The notes: a model not told the origin generated them from the letters alone. 64,000 nucleotides of DNA from Eledone cirrhosa (GCA_964016885.1 OZ024740.1:280488001-280552000), one strand, 5' to 3'. Shown: positions 28,351-41,985, counted from the stretch's first letter. Translations and numbers: made by a program.

Positions 28351-28788
28351 TGAAAATATGATTTAGAAAGAACGAAACATTAAAAATATTACAAGGTTAT
28401 TTGTTGTAAAAGCTATTATTTACTATAACATTTTTGTAGATTTTAACATTTGGAATTCTGCTATAATATATAATAGAATTAATATTTACAGAATATATTG
28501 GGTTGGACATCCGTCAGTTACGACGTTGAATGTTCCAATAACGGAACAGCCTGCACATGAAATTAACATATAAGTGACTGAGCATTCAACAGACATATAT
28601 ACCCTTAACCTAGAACTCAGGAAAATTCAGCATGATATAATATGCGGAAGGACTAGTCCTTTGAAATGCAGGTAAAACTTATTTTTCTGGCTGTATTGAC
28701 TGAAGCAACGTGACATAAGGTGTATTATTTAAGAACGTAAGAGCTGCCCGATTTGGGGAACGAACTCACGACATTATGATCATGAACC

Positions 28789-28969
28789 GGTGGATTGGAA
28801 GTATCGGTAGAGGGTCGGACGCCATGCTTTCCAGCATAGTTACGTCCCTTTACGATCTGAGTTCAAATCCCGCCGAGGTTGACTTTGCCTTTCATCCTTA
28901 CGGGGTCGATAAAATAAAGTACCAGTAATGTACTGGGTAATTGCTGGCCTTGTGCCTAAAGTAGAAACA
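28789..28969 (+). mobile_element. SINE family 1 with a 16-bp target-site duplication, nested in an older family 2 SINE
   Basis: attatgatcatgaacc at 28773-28788 and 28970-28985. Confidence 0.92.
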
Positions 28970-29071
28970 ATTATGATCATGAACCATACACTTTAATTAC
29001 CATGACACGCGGCTTCACACAGAACATAGCAGCACTACTAAAATAGTAAAAAAATAAAGAAATCTGCTTAC

Positions 29072-29473
29072 AAGATTCATCTCTTTGTGGGGCATCAGAT
29101 AGCTCATATCTTCCCGCGGCTTCTCCTGATATCTTTGTTACTGTTGGTAGTGGAGAAGATTCAGTTGTTGATGTTGTTACGGCTGAAGTGGTCATTTTCT
29201 TTGTTGTTGTCATTGCTGGAGTAGTAGTTGTTGTTGTTGGAGCAGCGGTAGTTGTAGTGGTAGTTGCTGGAGTAGTAGTAGTAGTAGTAGTAGTTGTTGT
29301 TGTTGGAGCAGCAGTAGTTGTAGTGGTAGTTCCTGGAGTAGTAGTAGTTGTTGTTGTTGTTGTTGGAGCAGCAGTAGTTGTAGTGGTAGTTGCTGGAGTA
29401 GTGGTAGTAGTAGTGAAATGCCTTTTCGTTGCTTCAGTTGTTGTAGCTAGAGTAGGCGGAGGAGACGTTATAT
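29072..29473 (-). CDS. Gene 2, exon 4: Thr-rich linker (PATTTTTTAAPTTT repeats)
   Basis: Acceptor ttttacgcag|. DITSPPPTLATTT...APQRDES, donor t|gtaagc. 402 nt, phase 1-1. Confidence 0.88.
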
Positions 29474-30124
29474 CTGCGTAAAACAAAGGAAAACGTAAAT
29501 AGCAAGCAATTGTAAATAGCGAGTATATTGATATAAGTATCAACAATTTTGTAGGCGTATATACACAATAACATCACTACAATACTTCATGATAAAATAT
29601 GTTGGAAAAATCGAATTAGGGAACCTATACTTAGTCGTTCAAACAGCTAGAAATGTCATCTAAATCTCTATTAAAGTATTTACCATCGTCTTAAAAAGAA
29701 CGCGTTACATCATGTAGAACTAAATATATCAAAAAGAGAAAATGGGATGGTTATAGCTAAAACACTTAGTAGGCTCCTCTAGGGCTAAACAATAACTATG
29801 TGATGTCACCTCAAACGTTTGAGGGTAGCAACAAATAGGCCAGATATGTATGACATTGATATGCCAATAAAAGCTTTAGTTAAAAGCCCGATAAACTCAT
29901 TTTGAAAGCCCGTTCACCATATGTTGGTGCCAGATGACATATTTTCTATAAGGTCAAGTTACATGTGTAGATGAAGACACATGCATATTATAAAAGTGCC
30001 AATCAAAGAATAGTAATGAGAAATTCCATATTGGTTTCACTCATCAGGCATGTGATCAATTTTAGTATAATTAGTAAATTATGCAACACATAAGCTAAAT
30101 GTATGGTAAGCTAGATGAATTTAC

Positions 30125-30688
30125 CTTCACATGTCTTCACTCCAAAAGATTTCGCAATGTTCTGTAGTGCTGAATAGCTGGTCACTTCAAAGACATTGTT
30201 GACAGGGTCGCTTGCTATAGCTTTCAATTCCTTTAAATCATAATTATGTCCAACACCAATAGCATAAACATGGATTCCCAATTGATGAAGTAATTTTGCT
30301 TCGTCCATTGTAGCTTTTGTATCTCGAGATCTACCATCAGTTATTACGATTGCAATGAAAGGAGATGCAGATGATTTCAACATCGGTTTCAGTTCTGACC
30401 TCACAAGTTCCAATGCTTCTGCTGTATTAGTTTGACCTGTTCTGTAAGGAATGTTAGCAACGGCTCTCTTCACTTGTTCGCTATCAGTATATTGATTTAG
30501 AGAAAACTCAAGATGAGCTCTATCGCTGAACGTAATGGCTCCAACGCTCACACGAGAATTACCAGCACCGATGTCAAAATTATCTACCAGCATTTTAGCA
30601 AACGCCAATTGTTTTTCATAATCGACAATCCATATACTACTAGAAGAATCTAGTACAAACATAATGTTGGCTGCTTTACCGACACATC
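30125..30688 (-). CDS. Gene 2, exon 3: VWA domain with intact MIDAS
   Basis: Acceptor ttgcag|. CVGKAANIMFVLDSSSS...TNTAEAL...IVITDGRS...KTCE, donor g|gtaaa. 564 nt; DxSxS...T...D present. Confidence 0.93.
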
Positions 30689-31360
30689 CTGCAATAGAAA
30701 ATATTGATTAATTTTCATTTTGATCTAAAGCATATAGTTTAAAAAAAATAAGCTAACCGTTTTCAAGAAACAAAAGTATTAAAATTTTCAATTCTTTCAT
30801 AAAATTCTTTCATAAATTTATTATTTCTAATATTCGATTCGTTTGCAAGCAAACGGTCTCATAACACCATGTATGGTGTTTTAAATGACAACTGATTCGG
30901 AGTTATTGCCCCTTATCAAGACTATGTATCTCTCGTCGCTTCTTTAGGCATCTACCATGTTATAGCGAAAACAATTTTTGTTTTTATTATTTTCTTTTTC
31001 ATAAATCTCTGATATCAAAAAGCTTATTAATAATTCCTTCAGTTTAAAACATCAGTAATAAACGAGGTGTTAATTAACTGAACCAGTTTTTTAAACATTT
31101 TAAACATCTGAGCTGTGATCAAATATTATGTCTTTCCTTAAATATCTGATATCAAAACATCCTGTTAGCTTATTAATTCCATCAGTTACTCAGTCGAAGT
31201 ACAAAACTTTAGTTATAAAGCTTATAACAGGTTAGTCGAACCTTAGTTTTTAAACAGCCAGAATAGAAAATACTTTCTATATTTCGGCAGTGATCAAATA
31301 TTATATTTTCATAATAGATTATGTTAATGTTATTAAATGATAATCTGGATTGATGCTTAC

Positions 31361-31388
31361 GTTTGGTTGGTAAACTGTAAGTTGCCTG
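31361..31388 (-). CDS. Gene 2, exon 2: 28-nt microexon (QATYSLPTK-R)
   Basis: tttcag|caggcaacttacagtttaccaaccaaac|gtaagc. Same size, phase and SLPxK motif as 53047-53074. The acceptor is NAGNAG. Confidence 0.75.
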
Positions 31389-32114
31389 CTGAAATATATA
31401 ATGAAAACCATTAATTAGAAAACATATAGTTGTAAACAAATTTAATCAACAACATTAATTTTTAGAGAAACTTTTGAAATTTTCTGAATTATATAAATAC
31501 ACCCAGACAAATTTCCATTCATTTCACAGATCTCTATTTATTAAGCAATTCAGATAGTCTATCATGTGAATTTGTGATAATGAACAACTTTGTTGTTTTG
31601 CGTGTGGAGAAAATATTCATAAAACAAACTGTATAATTATATTGACTTTTAGTGATGCAAAATATGTTTAGACTTTATATGAAACTCAGATAATGAAGGC
31701 ACACATAAATGTGTATGTATGTATGTATGTATGTATGTATGTATGTATGTATGTATGTATGTATGTATGTATGTATGTATGTATGTATGTATGTGTGTGT
31801 GTATGTGTGTATATGTGTATGTATGTATGTATGTATGTATGTATGTATGTATGTATGTATGTATGTATGTATGTATGTATGTATGTGTGTGTGTATATGT
31901 GTGTGTATGTATGTATGTGTGTGAATATGTATGTATGTATATATGTATGTATGTATGTGTGAGTGGGTATATATATATACACAGACACGCACACATAAAG
32001 ATAGATATATAGGTAGAGAAAAGGGGAGAGAGAGAGAGAAAGAAAGAAAAAGAGAAAGAGAGAGAGATAGAGAGATAGATAGATAGATACATAGATAGAT
32101 AGAGATAGATAGAT

Positions 32115-32215
<101 letters not shown>

Positions 32216-32237
32216 GTTTTCATAACAATGTACTTAC

Positions 32238-32285
32238 CGAGAGTAAACAGAGGACTGTAAAATAGAAAGATAGTTGTTGGTACAT
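32238..32285 (-). CDS. Gene 2, exon 1: signal peptide MYQQLSFYFTVLCLLS
   Basis: ATG, hydrophobic stretch, consensus donor |gtaagt. Ends in CLLS like gene 3 exon 1. Confidence 0.75.
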
Positions 32286-33511
32286 CTTGGTGATTTTGAT
32301 GAAGATTCAAACGAATTGTAATAATTATTATATGTCAGACAGTGTTGTCTCTTTGGGACTTGGTGTCTTATGGTATTAACATTTTGGCTAAGCAAATATA
32401 TATATATATTTGTTTCCCCATCCATCCACTCACCTATTCATACATGCATCAATACTCACCCACACGAATATGCGAATTCAGAGGGGCAGGGGAACGAGGA
32501 GAAAGCTCTCCCTAAAAACACGTAAGGATGCGTGGGTAAAAGATGAATGAATGATTGACCCTAAGTAGGATTACCTAAAATGGTAATACTTACACACGTT
32601 ATCATTTTGATTTATATATTTGTTTCTTATAGAAAGCATAAACAGGAGGATAGTAATTTATACGCCTGCTGCTTTGCCGCCGAATCTAGTACAACGCATA
32701 TTTTCGAAGATACGCAAACATTGAGTTAATTCATAGTATTTTTCTCACACTACGCCTACAGAACTAAAACTATCGTGTTACGTCACTGACGAAAGAACCA
32801 TACGTTAAGAGTGGTTCCTGCTGCGTGGGTACTTATAAAATAATATGGGTAGATTTGGGGTGTTATATCTTACGAAGGGGCATTTCTTGTCTAACGACAT
32901 ATTCTAAAAATAGATAAGGTCTATTTCTAATTTAGAACCACCATAACACATTAATATGTTCTTCCGGTGTTTTTCTATATGAGCAGGTTCCGGTGTTTTT
33001 CTATATGAGCAGGTTCAAATACAACCGATATCGACTTTAAATTTTCTAAAGACTGAGCCAACGAATATGAGCTTCTGCGTGGTCACTCGACCTGCTAGAA
33101 AGAACAGCAAAATCGCTCTCAAAAGACATCCTACACAAGAAAGATCTCGTTGAATAGTATAGTATATACACGTAGATCCTGATGGAGTTGTAGGGGCAAA
33201 CCTTTTCCCAAAGAATGAGAGAGAGAGAGAGAGAGTGTGAAAGAAGTATAGATGAAGAATTGAACCCAGTATTGAGCTGGTACTTTTTTTAATTAATTTT
33301 GAAAGGATGAAAGGTAAAGTTAATAACAGTGGGATTTGAACTCAGCGTGAATGAATACCGCAAAGCATTCCATCCAACGTCTTAACGTCAATACTAATTC
33401 GCCGCCTCTTGAAGTAATGCGTCTAAATAAATGGAATATTATAGATCATAGCTCTACACAATCAGGAATAACTTACGCCAAATAACAATAATAGCAATTG
33501 GCTATGGAAGA

Positions 33512-33896
33512 TAATTGTTTCTACTTTAGGCACAAGGCCAGCAATTACCTAGTACATTACTGGTACTTTATTTTATCGACCCCGTACGGATGAAAGGCAA
33601 AGTTAACCTCGGCGGGATTTGAACTCAGAATGGCAAGGGCCATAACTCTATGCGTCAAAGCATGGCGTCCGACCCTCTACCGATACTGCCGATCCACCAC
33701 GATAATAATTGTTTCTACTTTTGGCACACGGCCAGCAATTATCTCAGTGCAATACTGGTACTTTATTTTATCGATCCCGTAAGGATGAAAGGCAAAGTTA
33801 ACCTCGGCGAGATTTGAACTCAGATCACAAAGGGCCGTAACACTATGCTGCAAAGCATGGCGTCCGACCCTCTACCGATACTGCCATTCCACCGCC
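33512..33896 (-). mobile_element. Two tandem full-length SINE family 1 copies
   Basis: Family 1 pattern twice, at about 33512-33701 and 33706-33896. Confidence 0.9.
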
Positions 33897-34140
33897 CTCT
33901 ATCAATCCACCATGATAATAATAGGTCACAATAAATAATTGTTACGAAAAGCGATTAAAGTACCCCTGGAGACAGAAAAAGTAGATAAAGGCGCCTGTAA
34001 GGAAATGAACTCCACACCCGAGAGGTATTTTAACCGATTTTCAACTATTATTATAGTAATTTACGTTGGGATGCACACATTTATAAATATGAGATATTTA
34101 TACTATCAGCGTTAATCAATCGGTATACATAGACATACCG

Positions 34141-34202
<62 letters not shown>

Positions 34203-34227
34203 ATAAAAGAACACACACACATTCAAA

Positions 34228-34294
<67 letters not shown>

Positions 34295-34469
34295 TGAGAC
34301 CGAGGGTGACGCTGAGAAAAAAAAAAAAGAGAGAGAGAGAGACTGAGAAAAAGCGAAAGAGAGAGTGTGGGTGAGAACGAGAGAGAGAGAGAGAGAGAGA
34401 GAGATAGATAGAGAGAGAGAGAGAGAGATGTTTGTCTGTGTGTTTATCCCATCCAATCCTTCATTTCAA

Positions 34470-34541
34470 AAACTGTTAGCTCACTTGGTTAGAGCATCAT
34501 GCTAATAACGCGAATATTGTGGTTTCAATCCCCACTGGTCA
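34470..34541 (+). pseudogene. tRNA-Ile(AAT) pseudogene
   Basis: gttagctcacttggttagagcatcatgctAATaacgcgaatattgtggtttcaatcccc aligns with the eukaryotic tRNA-Ile-AAT pattern. Acceptor, anticodon and T stems are damaged. Confidence 0.75.
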
Positions 34542-34714
34542 TATATTGATTTTTTTTCTTTTAATATTCTAGATGCACATATTTAAGTTTCCAGTTTGAA
34601 TCTCGACGAGACCGATTTCCACTTTATAGAGCGAACATATGACGTCCGCCAAATAACTTTATTTTAAACATTAAAATTCAATATAGTTTGATTTAACACA
34701 TTTTTTTTTGTCTT

Positions 34715-35000
34715 CGACGGCCGCTTGCTCTTCGCACCGGTCCCTATCGAAACCTCAGGCGTCCTTGGACCCCGTACTGCGGAGCTCCTCCGCAAGATCG
34801 GAACGTTAGCAGCCTGTCTGAGGAAGGAGCCCCGCGAGGTGGGGCTGGCTGTTGCAACGGGTGTCGCTGGCCATTGTCCACGGAAATGCTTTTGCGGACG
34901 ACTTGTCCGCGGGGCACAGCCCCAACACTGCCGCACCCCAGGCCTGGAGCCCATCTCCCTCGCCCTCCCATTATTCTGTGACCCCAGAGCCATTGCCTTT
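34715..35000 (+). mobile_element. 3' end of a CRE-like (RLE-type) non-LTR retrotransposon
   Basis: FAPVPIETSGVLGPRTAELLRKIG...EPRE, frameshift, LLQRVSLAIVHGNAF. Matches the recalled F.P...ET.G..G...QR.S.A...GNA tail of CRE-type endonucleases. GC-rich island. Confidence 0.75.
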
Positions 35001-35106
35001 CCCTCCATTTTCTGTTTTTAAATATCTGAAGTGTTGTTATTTGAAATACAGGGTAGTTAGAAAGTCTTGTCACCCCTTGTCACATATTGTTTTAACTTTC
35101 ATTATT

Positions 35107-35730
35107 TTCCCGCCTTTCATCCTTACGGGGTCGATAAAATAAAGTACCAGTAATACACTGGTAACTGCTGGCCTTGTGCCAAAAGTAGAAACAATTATTT
35201 TTTGTTTTAATAATATAATATATAATATCATTAATTATAATATATAATCCACCGAGGCGGTGGATTGGCAGTATCGGTAGAGGGTCCGACGCCATGCTTT
35301 GACGCATAGAGTTACGGCCCTTGCCATTCTGAGTTCAAATCACGCTGAGGTTAACTTTGCCTTTCATCCTTACGGGGTCGATAAAATAAAGTACCAGTAA
35401 TGCACTGGGATAATTGTTGGCTGTGTGCCAAAAGTAGAAACAATTAATTACAATATATAATAATAATTGTTTTTACTTTTAGGCACAAGGCCAGCAATTC
35501 ACCAGTGCATTACTGGTACTTTATTTTATCGACCCCGTAAGGATGAAAGGCAAAGTCAACCTAGGCGGGATTTGAACTCAGATCCTAAAGGGAGTAACTA
35601 TGCTGGAAAGCATGGCGTCCGCCCCTCTACCGATACTGGCAATCCACCGCCACAATATATAATATATAATAATAATTGTTTCTACTTTAGGCACAAGGCC
35701 AGCAATTACGCAATGCATTACTGGTACTTT
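35107..35730. mobile_element. Cluster of four SINE family 1 copies (+ partial, + full, - full, - partial)
   Basis: About 35107-35197 (+), 35254-35448 (+), 35463-35652 (-), 35672-35730 (-). Confidence 0.88.
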
Positions 35731-36214
35731 ATAATAATAATAATATAATTTTCTATTTCAGAACTCCTACAGTTTGGAAGAGAGGCTGCTTGCAAGTGTG
35801 TATTCTGGCAAGAGCATGGAGGATTCGGCAAACAAGCTCCTCCGAAGAGGACAATACTGCGATGGGAACATAAACTGTTTTTCATTACTTTTTGGTAGGG
35901 TGTGACAAGACTTTCGGACCTCCCTGTAGATTTGTTTATAATTGTTATGGGGGGAGGATTTTTAATATAAACATTTGTATGGCACTTTTTCGTTACTTCT
36001 CTCTCGACGCCCTAATAGAGTTGTGGTCAGGAAAAAGACGAAAACGAACCGTTTGTTTATACAAAGTATATCAATTTATGGAATCATCGAATGTAAGAGC
36101 GTGGGTGTATATATGGAAGTAACGTAAAGCGCTTTAATCAAACGTCTATCTCGGTCTATATATTCTACCTTTAATTTTATTCACATTGTCATTGTATCAG
36201 TATATAGACAAGGA

Positions 36215-36545
36215 TCAGAGCGTTTGTATGCATGGTCCCGTAAATCTTGGTGAAGTCGCAGGGGCGCCGTAATGGCATACGGCGTTTCTTGGGTATTTTG
36301 AAGCTGGTGGAGCTAATTTTTTCTCCAGGTTTGCACACACCAGATTTCTTAGAGAGAGGAAGTGAAAAAGAGATATAGAGGAAGAATCGACCCCAGTACT
36401 AAACTGGTACTTTTTTTTAATGACCTCGAACGGATGAAAGTCAAAGTTGACCTCAGCGGTATTCGAACTCACAGAGCAGAGAACCGGAACGAATACTTCA
36501 AAGCAGTCTATCCGACGTTCTAACGACTCTGCCAATTTGCCACCT
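36215..36545 (-). mobile_element. Longer SINE subfamily with a family 1-like head and a distinct 3' body (second copy about 62295-62640)
   Basis: Both loci share catacggcgtttcttgg.t.ttt..aagct, a GA-rich spacer, gaagaatc.accc...tacta.actggtac and the gatgaaag.caaagttgacct head region. Confidence 0.7.
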
Positions 36546-37618
36546 TACCAGAGTGTTTACCTCCGTTGAATAGACTTGTTGATCGTAGCTTCGAAACGTG
36601 TGCATAAATTTTCGACAACATTATTACTATTTTTGTGGGGACGAGGGCATTTTTATTTAAGGGCTTGGGGTAGTGTTGTTGTTTTTTTAAATTATTTAAA
36701 AGCTCTTTTTTTTGTTATAACTTTAAATCTCACAGAAGTCAAGTTTATCTTTATTATGTGAACATAAATATGTTTTAGCGTTAACTTCTAACATTAAACT
36801 AGATAATTGCCTTAAATCTCTAGATAGCCGTATTTCTTCAAATATACGAAGAACTCTTCGAAAACAGAGGCATAATATATTATATATTTTTAATGTCAGT
36901 GTGTGTCAGTGTGTGTCCCACCTACTTAATTTCCAGTCAAAACAACGAAACGACAGTTCAGTATTTTAAATCGTCACTCTAATAACATGAATGCGATGTA
37001 TTAAATCAACATAATGGCCAGCTTTGTTTTCTTTATTCCTGTATTATCTATATATCAGATTGACTCTCGCCCAGATCTATTTTAACTATATATGCAAACA
37101 TAGAAAGAACTTGAAATAAGGTTGTTTTAAACATTAAATTGAAAGTAGTTTGAGTTAAACATTTTTAATGGCTTCTTTTATTTTCAATATACTAAAAAGA
37201 CGGTTGTAGTCTAATATATATTTCGAAATATATATATATCTGTGTCCATGTTCCATCTTCTCTCCCGTAATACTTTAAGCATCTCCTTCGATTACTCCTC
37301 ACGCTTTCATGTCATTCTCCCCTCTCCTTTGTATGTAGCCATTTTCTTACTTTCTTTATATGTAGCCATCGCCTTCATCCACTCGACCACCGGCACTGAA
37401 TCAATATATTTTACTACACTACGTTTTATTGACTTCCCTCTCTTTCTATTTCTTTTTCTTATATCATTACTACATATACTTCGATTCATTCGCCCCTTCT
37501 ATCTTTTACTCATTATCTTTCATGTCTCTCTCGTTTTCCATCTGTGTCACTTTGTCTCTTATTCCTTCAGTTTCACCTTAACGTCATATTTCTATGACTA
37601 GCTCCCGTTAGTTAATTA

Positions 37619-40600
37619 GACACACACACATACACTCACACTAAACACACACATATACACTCACACTAAACACACACACACACACATACACTAAACACAC
37701 ACACATACACTCACACTATACACACACATACACTCACACACACACACATACACTCACACTAAACACACACACATACACTCACGCTAAACACACACATATA
37801 TCCACTCACACTAAACACACACACATACACTCACACTAAACACACACACATATACACTCACACTAAACACACACACATACACTCACACTAAACACACGCA
37901 CATACACTCATACTAAACACACACACACATACACTCACACTAAACACACACACATACACTCATATCAAACACACACACACCTACACTCACACTAAACACA
38001 CACATACACTCACACTAAACACACACACACATACACTCATACTAAACACACACACATACATTCACACTAAACACACACACATATACACTCACAGTAAACA
38101 CACACACATACACTCACACTAAACACACACATACACTCACACTAAACACACACACATACACTCATACTAAACACATAAACATAGATTTACACTAAACACA
38201 CACACATACACTCACACTAAACACACACATACACTCACACTAAACACACACACATACACTCACACTAAACACACACATACACTCACACTAAACACACACA
38301 CATTCACACTAAACACACACACATACACTCACACTAAACACACACACACATACACTCACACTAAACACACATACACATACACTCACACTAAACACAAACA
38401 CACTTACACTCACACTAAACACACACATACACTCACACTAAACACAAACACACTTACACTCACACTAAACACACACATACACTCACACTAAACACACACA
38501 CATTCACTCATACTAAACACATAAACATAGATTCACACTAAACACACACACATACACTCACACTAAACACACACATACACTCACACTAAACACACAGACA
38601 TACACTCACAGTAAACACACACACATACACTCACACTAAACACACACACATACACTCACACTAAACACACACATACACTCACACTAAACACACACACATA
38701 CACTCACACTAAACACACACACACATACACTCACACTAAACACACATACACATACACTCACACTAAACACAAACACACTTACACTCACATTAAACACACA
38801 CATATACCCTCACACTAAACACACACACATACACTCACACTAAACACACACACATACACTCACACTAAACACACACACATACACTCACACTAAACACACA
38901 CACATACACTCACACTAAACACACACACACATACACTCACACTAAACACACGCATATACACTCACACTAAACACATACACTCATACTAAACAAACACATA
39001 CACTCACACTAAACACACACACACATACACTCACACTAAACACACACACATACAGTCACACTAAACACACACACATACACTCACACTAACACACACACAT
39101 ACACTCAGACTAAACACACACATACACTCACACTAAACACACACACACATACACTCATACTAAACACACACACACATACACTCACACTAAACACACACAC
39201 ACACATACTCTCACACTAAACACACACACATACAGTCACACTAAACACACACACATACACTCACACTAACACACACACATACACTCAGACTAAACACACA
39301 CATACACTCACACTAAACACACACACATACACTCACACTAAACACACACACATATACACTCACACTAAACACACACACACATATACACTCACACTAAACA
39401 CACACACATACACTCATACTAAACACACACATACATTCACACTAAACACACACACACATACACTCACACTAAACACACACACATACAGTTACACTAAACA
39501 CACACACATACACTCACACTAACACACAGACATACACTCACACTAAACACACACATATACACTCACTAAACACACACACACACATACACTCACACTAAAC
39601 ACACATACATACACTCACACTAAACACACACACATACACTCATACTAAACACACACACATACTAAACACACACACATACACTCACACTAACACACAGACA
39701 TACACTCACACTAAACACACACATATACACTCACTAAACACACACACACACATACACTCACACTAAACACACACACATACACTCACACTAAACACACATA
39801 CATACACTCACACTAACACACACACATATACACTCACACTAAACACACACACATACACTCATACTAAACACACACATACATTCACACTAAACACACACAC
39901 ACATACACTCACACTAAACACACACACATACAGTTACACTAAACACACACACATACACTCACACTAACACACAGACATACACTCACACTAAACACACACA
40001 TATACACTCACTAAACACACACACACATACACTCACACTAAACACACATACATACACTCACACTAAACACACACATACACTCACACTAAACACACACACA
40101 TACTCTCACACTAGACACACACACATATACTCACACTAAACACAAACACACATACACTCACACTAAACACACACACATACACTCACACTAAACACTCACA
40201 CACATACACTCACACTAAACACACACATACACTCATACCAAACACACACACACATACACTTACACTAAACACACACACATACACTCACACTAAACACACA
40301 TACACATACACTCATACTAAACACACACACATACATTCACACTAAACACACAGACATACACTCACAGTAAACACACACACATACACTCACACTAAACACA
40401 CACATACACAAACAATAAACACACACACATACACTCACACTAAACACACACATACACTCACACTAAACACACACACACATACACTCACACTAAACACACA
40501 CATACACTCACACTAAACACACATACACTCATACTAAACACACACACACCTACACTCACACTAAACACACACACATACACTCACACTAAACACACACATA

Positions 40601-40735
40601 CACTCACACTAAACACACAGACATACACTCATACCAAACACACACACACATACACTTACACTAAACACACACACATACACTCATACTAAACACACACACA
40701 TACACTCACACAAACGCACACATACACTCACACAA
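37619..40735. repeat. About 3.1-kb complex CA-rich minisatellite, unit (AC)n-ATACACTCACACTAA, about 22-30 bp
   Basis: Direct reading; almost no G on the + strand. Confidence 0.95.
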
Positions 40736-41051
40736 GTGTAGCTAATCTTGGAACGCTCATCGCTATAACATTTCACCAGCCTATTCCTTCCTCAATCATT
40801 ATATAGACGTATGTGTATGTAATCATTATTTTGTATGTGTCTATTTATTAATATGTATATGTGTGTGTTTTCGCTTCTGTTGTCTGTGTTTCTGTTCAAG
40901 TGTTTACGTGTATATGTGTATGTATGAAACTAAAGTGTAACGTACCTTATGAATGGACGAAACACCAAGAATTATAAGATTCAAAATTAAGGTTGGATTT
41001 TAATAAGTTCTGGGTCGGCGCCTGGGTATTTAGCACCCTGTGCTAGTCTTA

Positions 41052-41740
41052 CAATGCGCCATGTTATCCCAAAATAAAATCACTTCAACCTATTGTTCAG
41101 CAAATTCTTGTTATGCGCCATGTTATGCGTCATGTTCTCCCAAAATAAAATCATTTCAACTTATTGTTCGGCAAATTCTTGTTATGCGCCATGTTATGCG
41201 TCATGTTCTCCCAAAATAAAATCATTTCAACTTATTCGGCAAATTCTTGTTATGCGCCATGTTATGCGTCATGTTCTCCCAAAATAAAATCATTTCAACT
41301 TATTGTTCGGCAAATTCTTGTTATGCGCCATGTTATGCGTCATGTTCTCCCAAAATAAAATCATTTCAACTTATTCGGCAAATTCTTGTTATGCGCCATG
41401 TTATGAGTCATGTTCTCCCAAAATAAAATCATTTCAACTTATTGTTCGGCAAATTCTTGTTATGCGCCATGTTATGCGTCATGTTCTCCCAAAATAAAAT
41501 CATTTCAACTTATTCGGCAAATTCTTGTTATGCGCCATGTTATGCGTCATGTTCTCCCAAAATAAAATCATTTCAACTTATTGTTCGGCAAATTCTTGTT
41601 ATGCGCCATGTTATGCGTCATGTTCTCCCAAAATAAAATCATTTCAACTTATTCGGCAAATTCTTGTTATGCGCCATGTTATGCGTCATGTTCTCCCAAA
41701 ATAAAATCATTTCAACTTATTGTTCGGCAAATTCTTGTTC
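41052..41740. repeat. Satellite of alternating 71/68-bp units forming a 139-bp higher-order repeat, about 10 monomers
   Basis: Unit ttcggcaaattcttgttatgcgccatgttatgcgtcatgttctcccaaaataaaatcatttcaactta(ttg). ORF starts recur at 41164, 41303, 41442 and 41581. Confidence 0.95.
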
Positions 41741-41985
41741 GGATCATACTAAGAAAATTACTAAGCCTGACCCTATCTACTACTTTGGATATTTCCAGAA
41801 CACGGCAAAGATATTTAGTTATATATTTAATGGTCGCAGGAAATTATTATATATTTAATTTAATTATACAAATTTGTATGAAACTGTGATCCTTTAAAGT
41901 TCAGTAATGCACCTCTCTCTGAGGTCTGGGCCATAACGGTTGCCTAGTTGGTCTAATGGTAGTATCAGCCCTAGATGCATGTGAA

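Noticed and set aside
32785-32820. CTGACGA followed by the hairpin gaacc...ggttc
   Set aside because: No GAAA or stem III; probably chance.
34470-34541. Functional tRNA-Ile gene
   Set aside because: Acceptor, anticodon and T stems carry multiple mismatches; kept only as a pseudogene.
41052-41740. CRISPR-like regular array and repeated 64-aa Cys-containing ORFs
   Set aside because: No unique spacers, eukaryotic context; the ORFs are by-products of the satellite.
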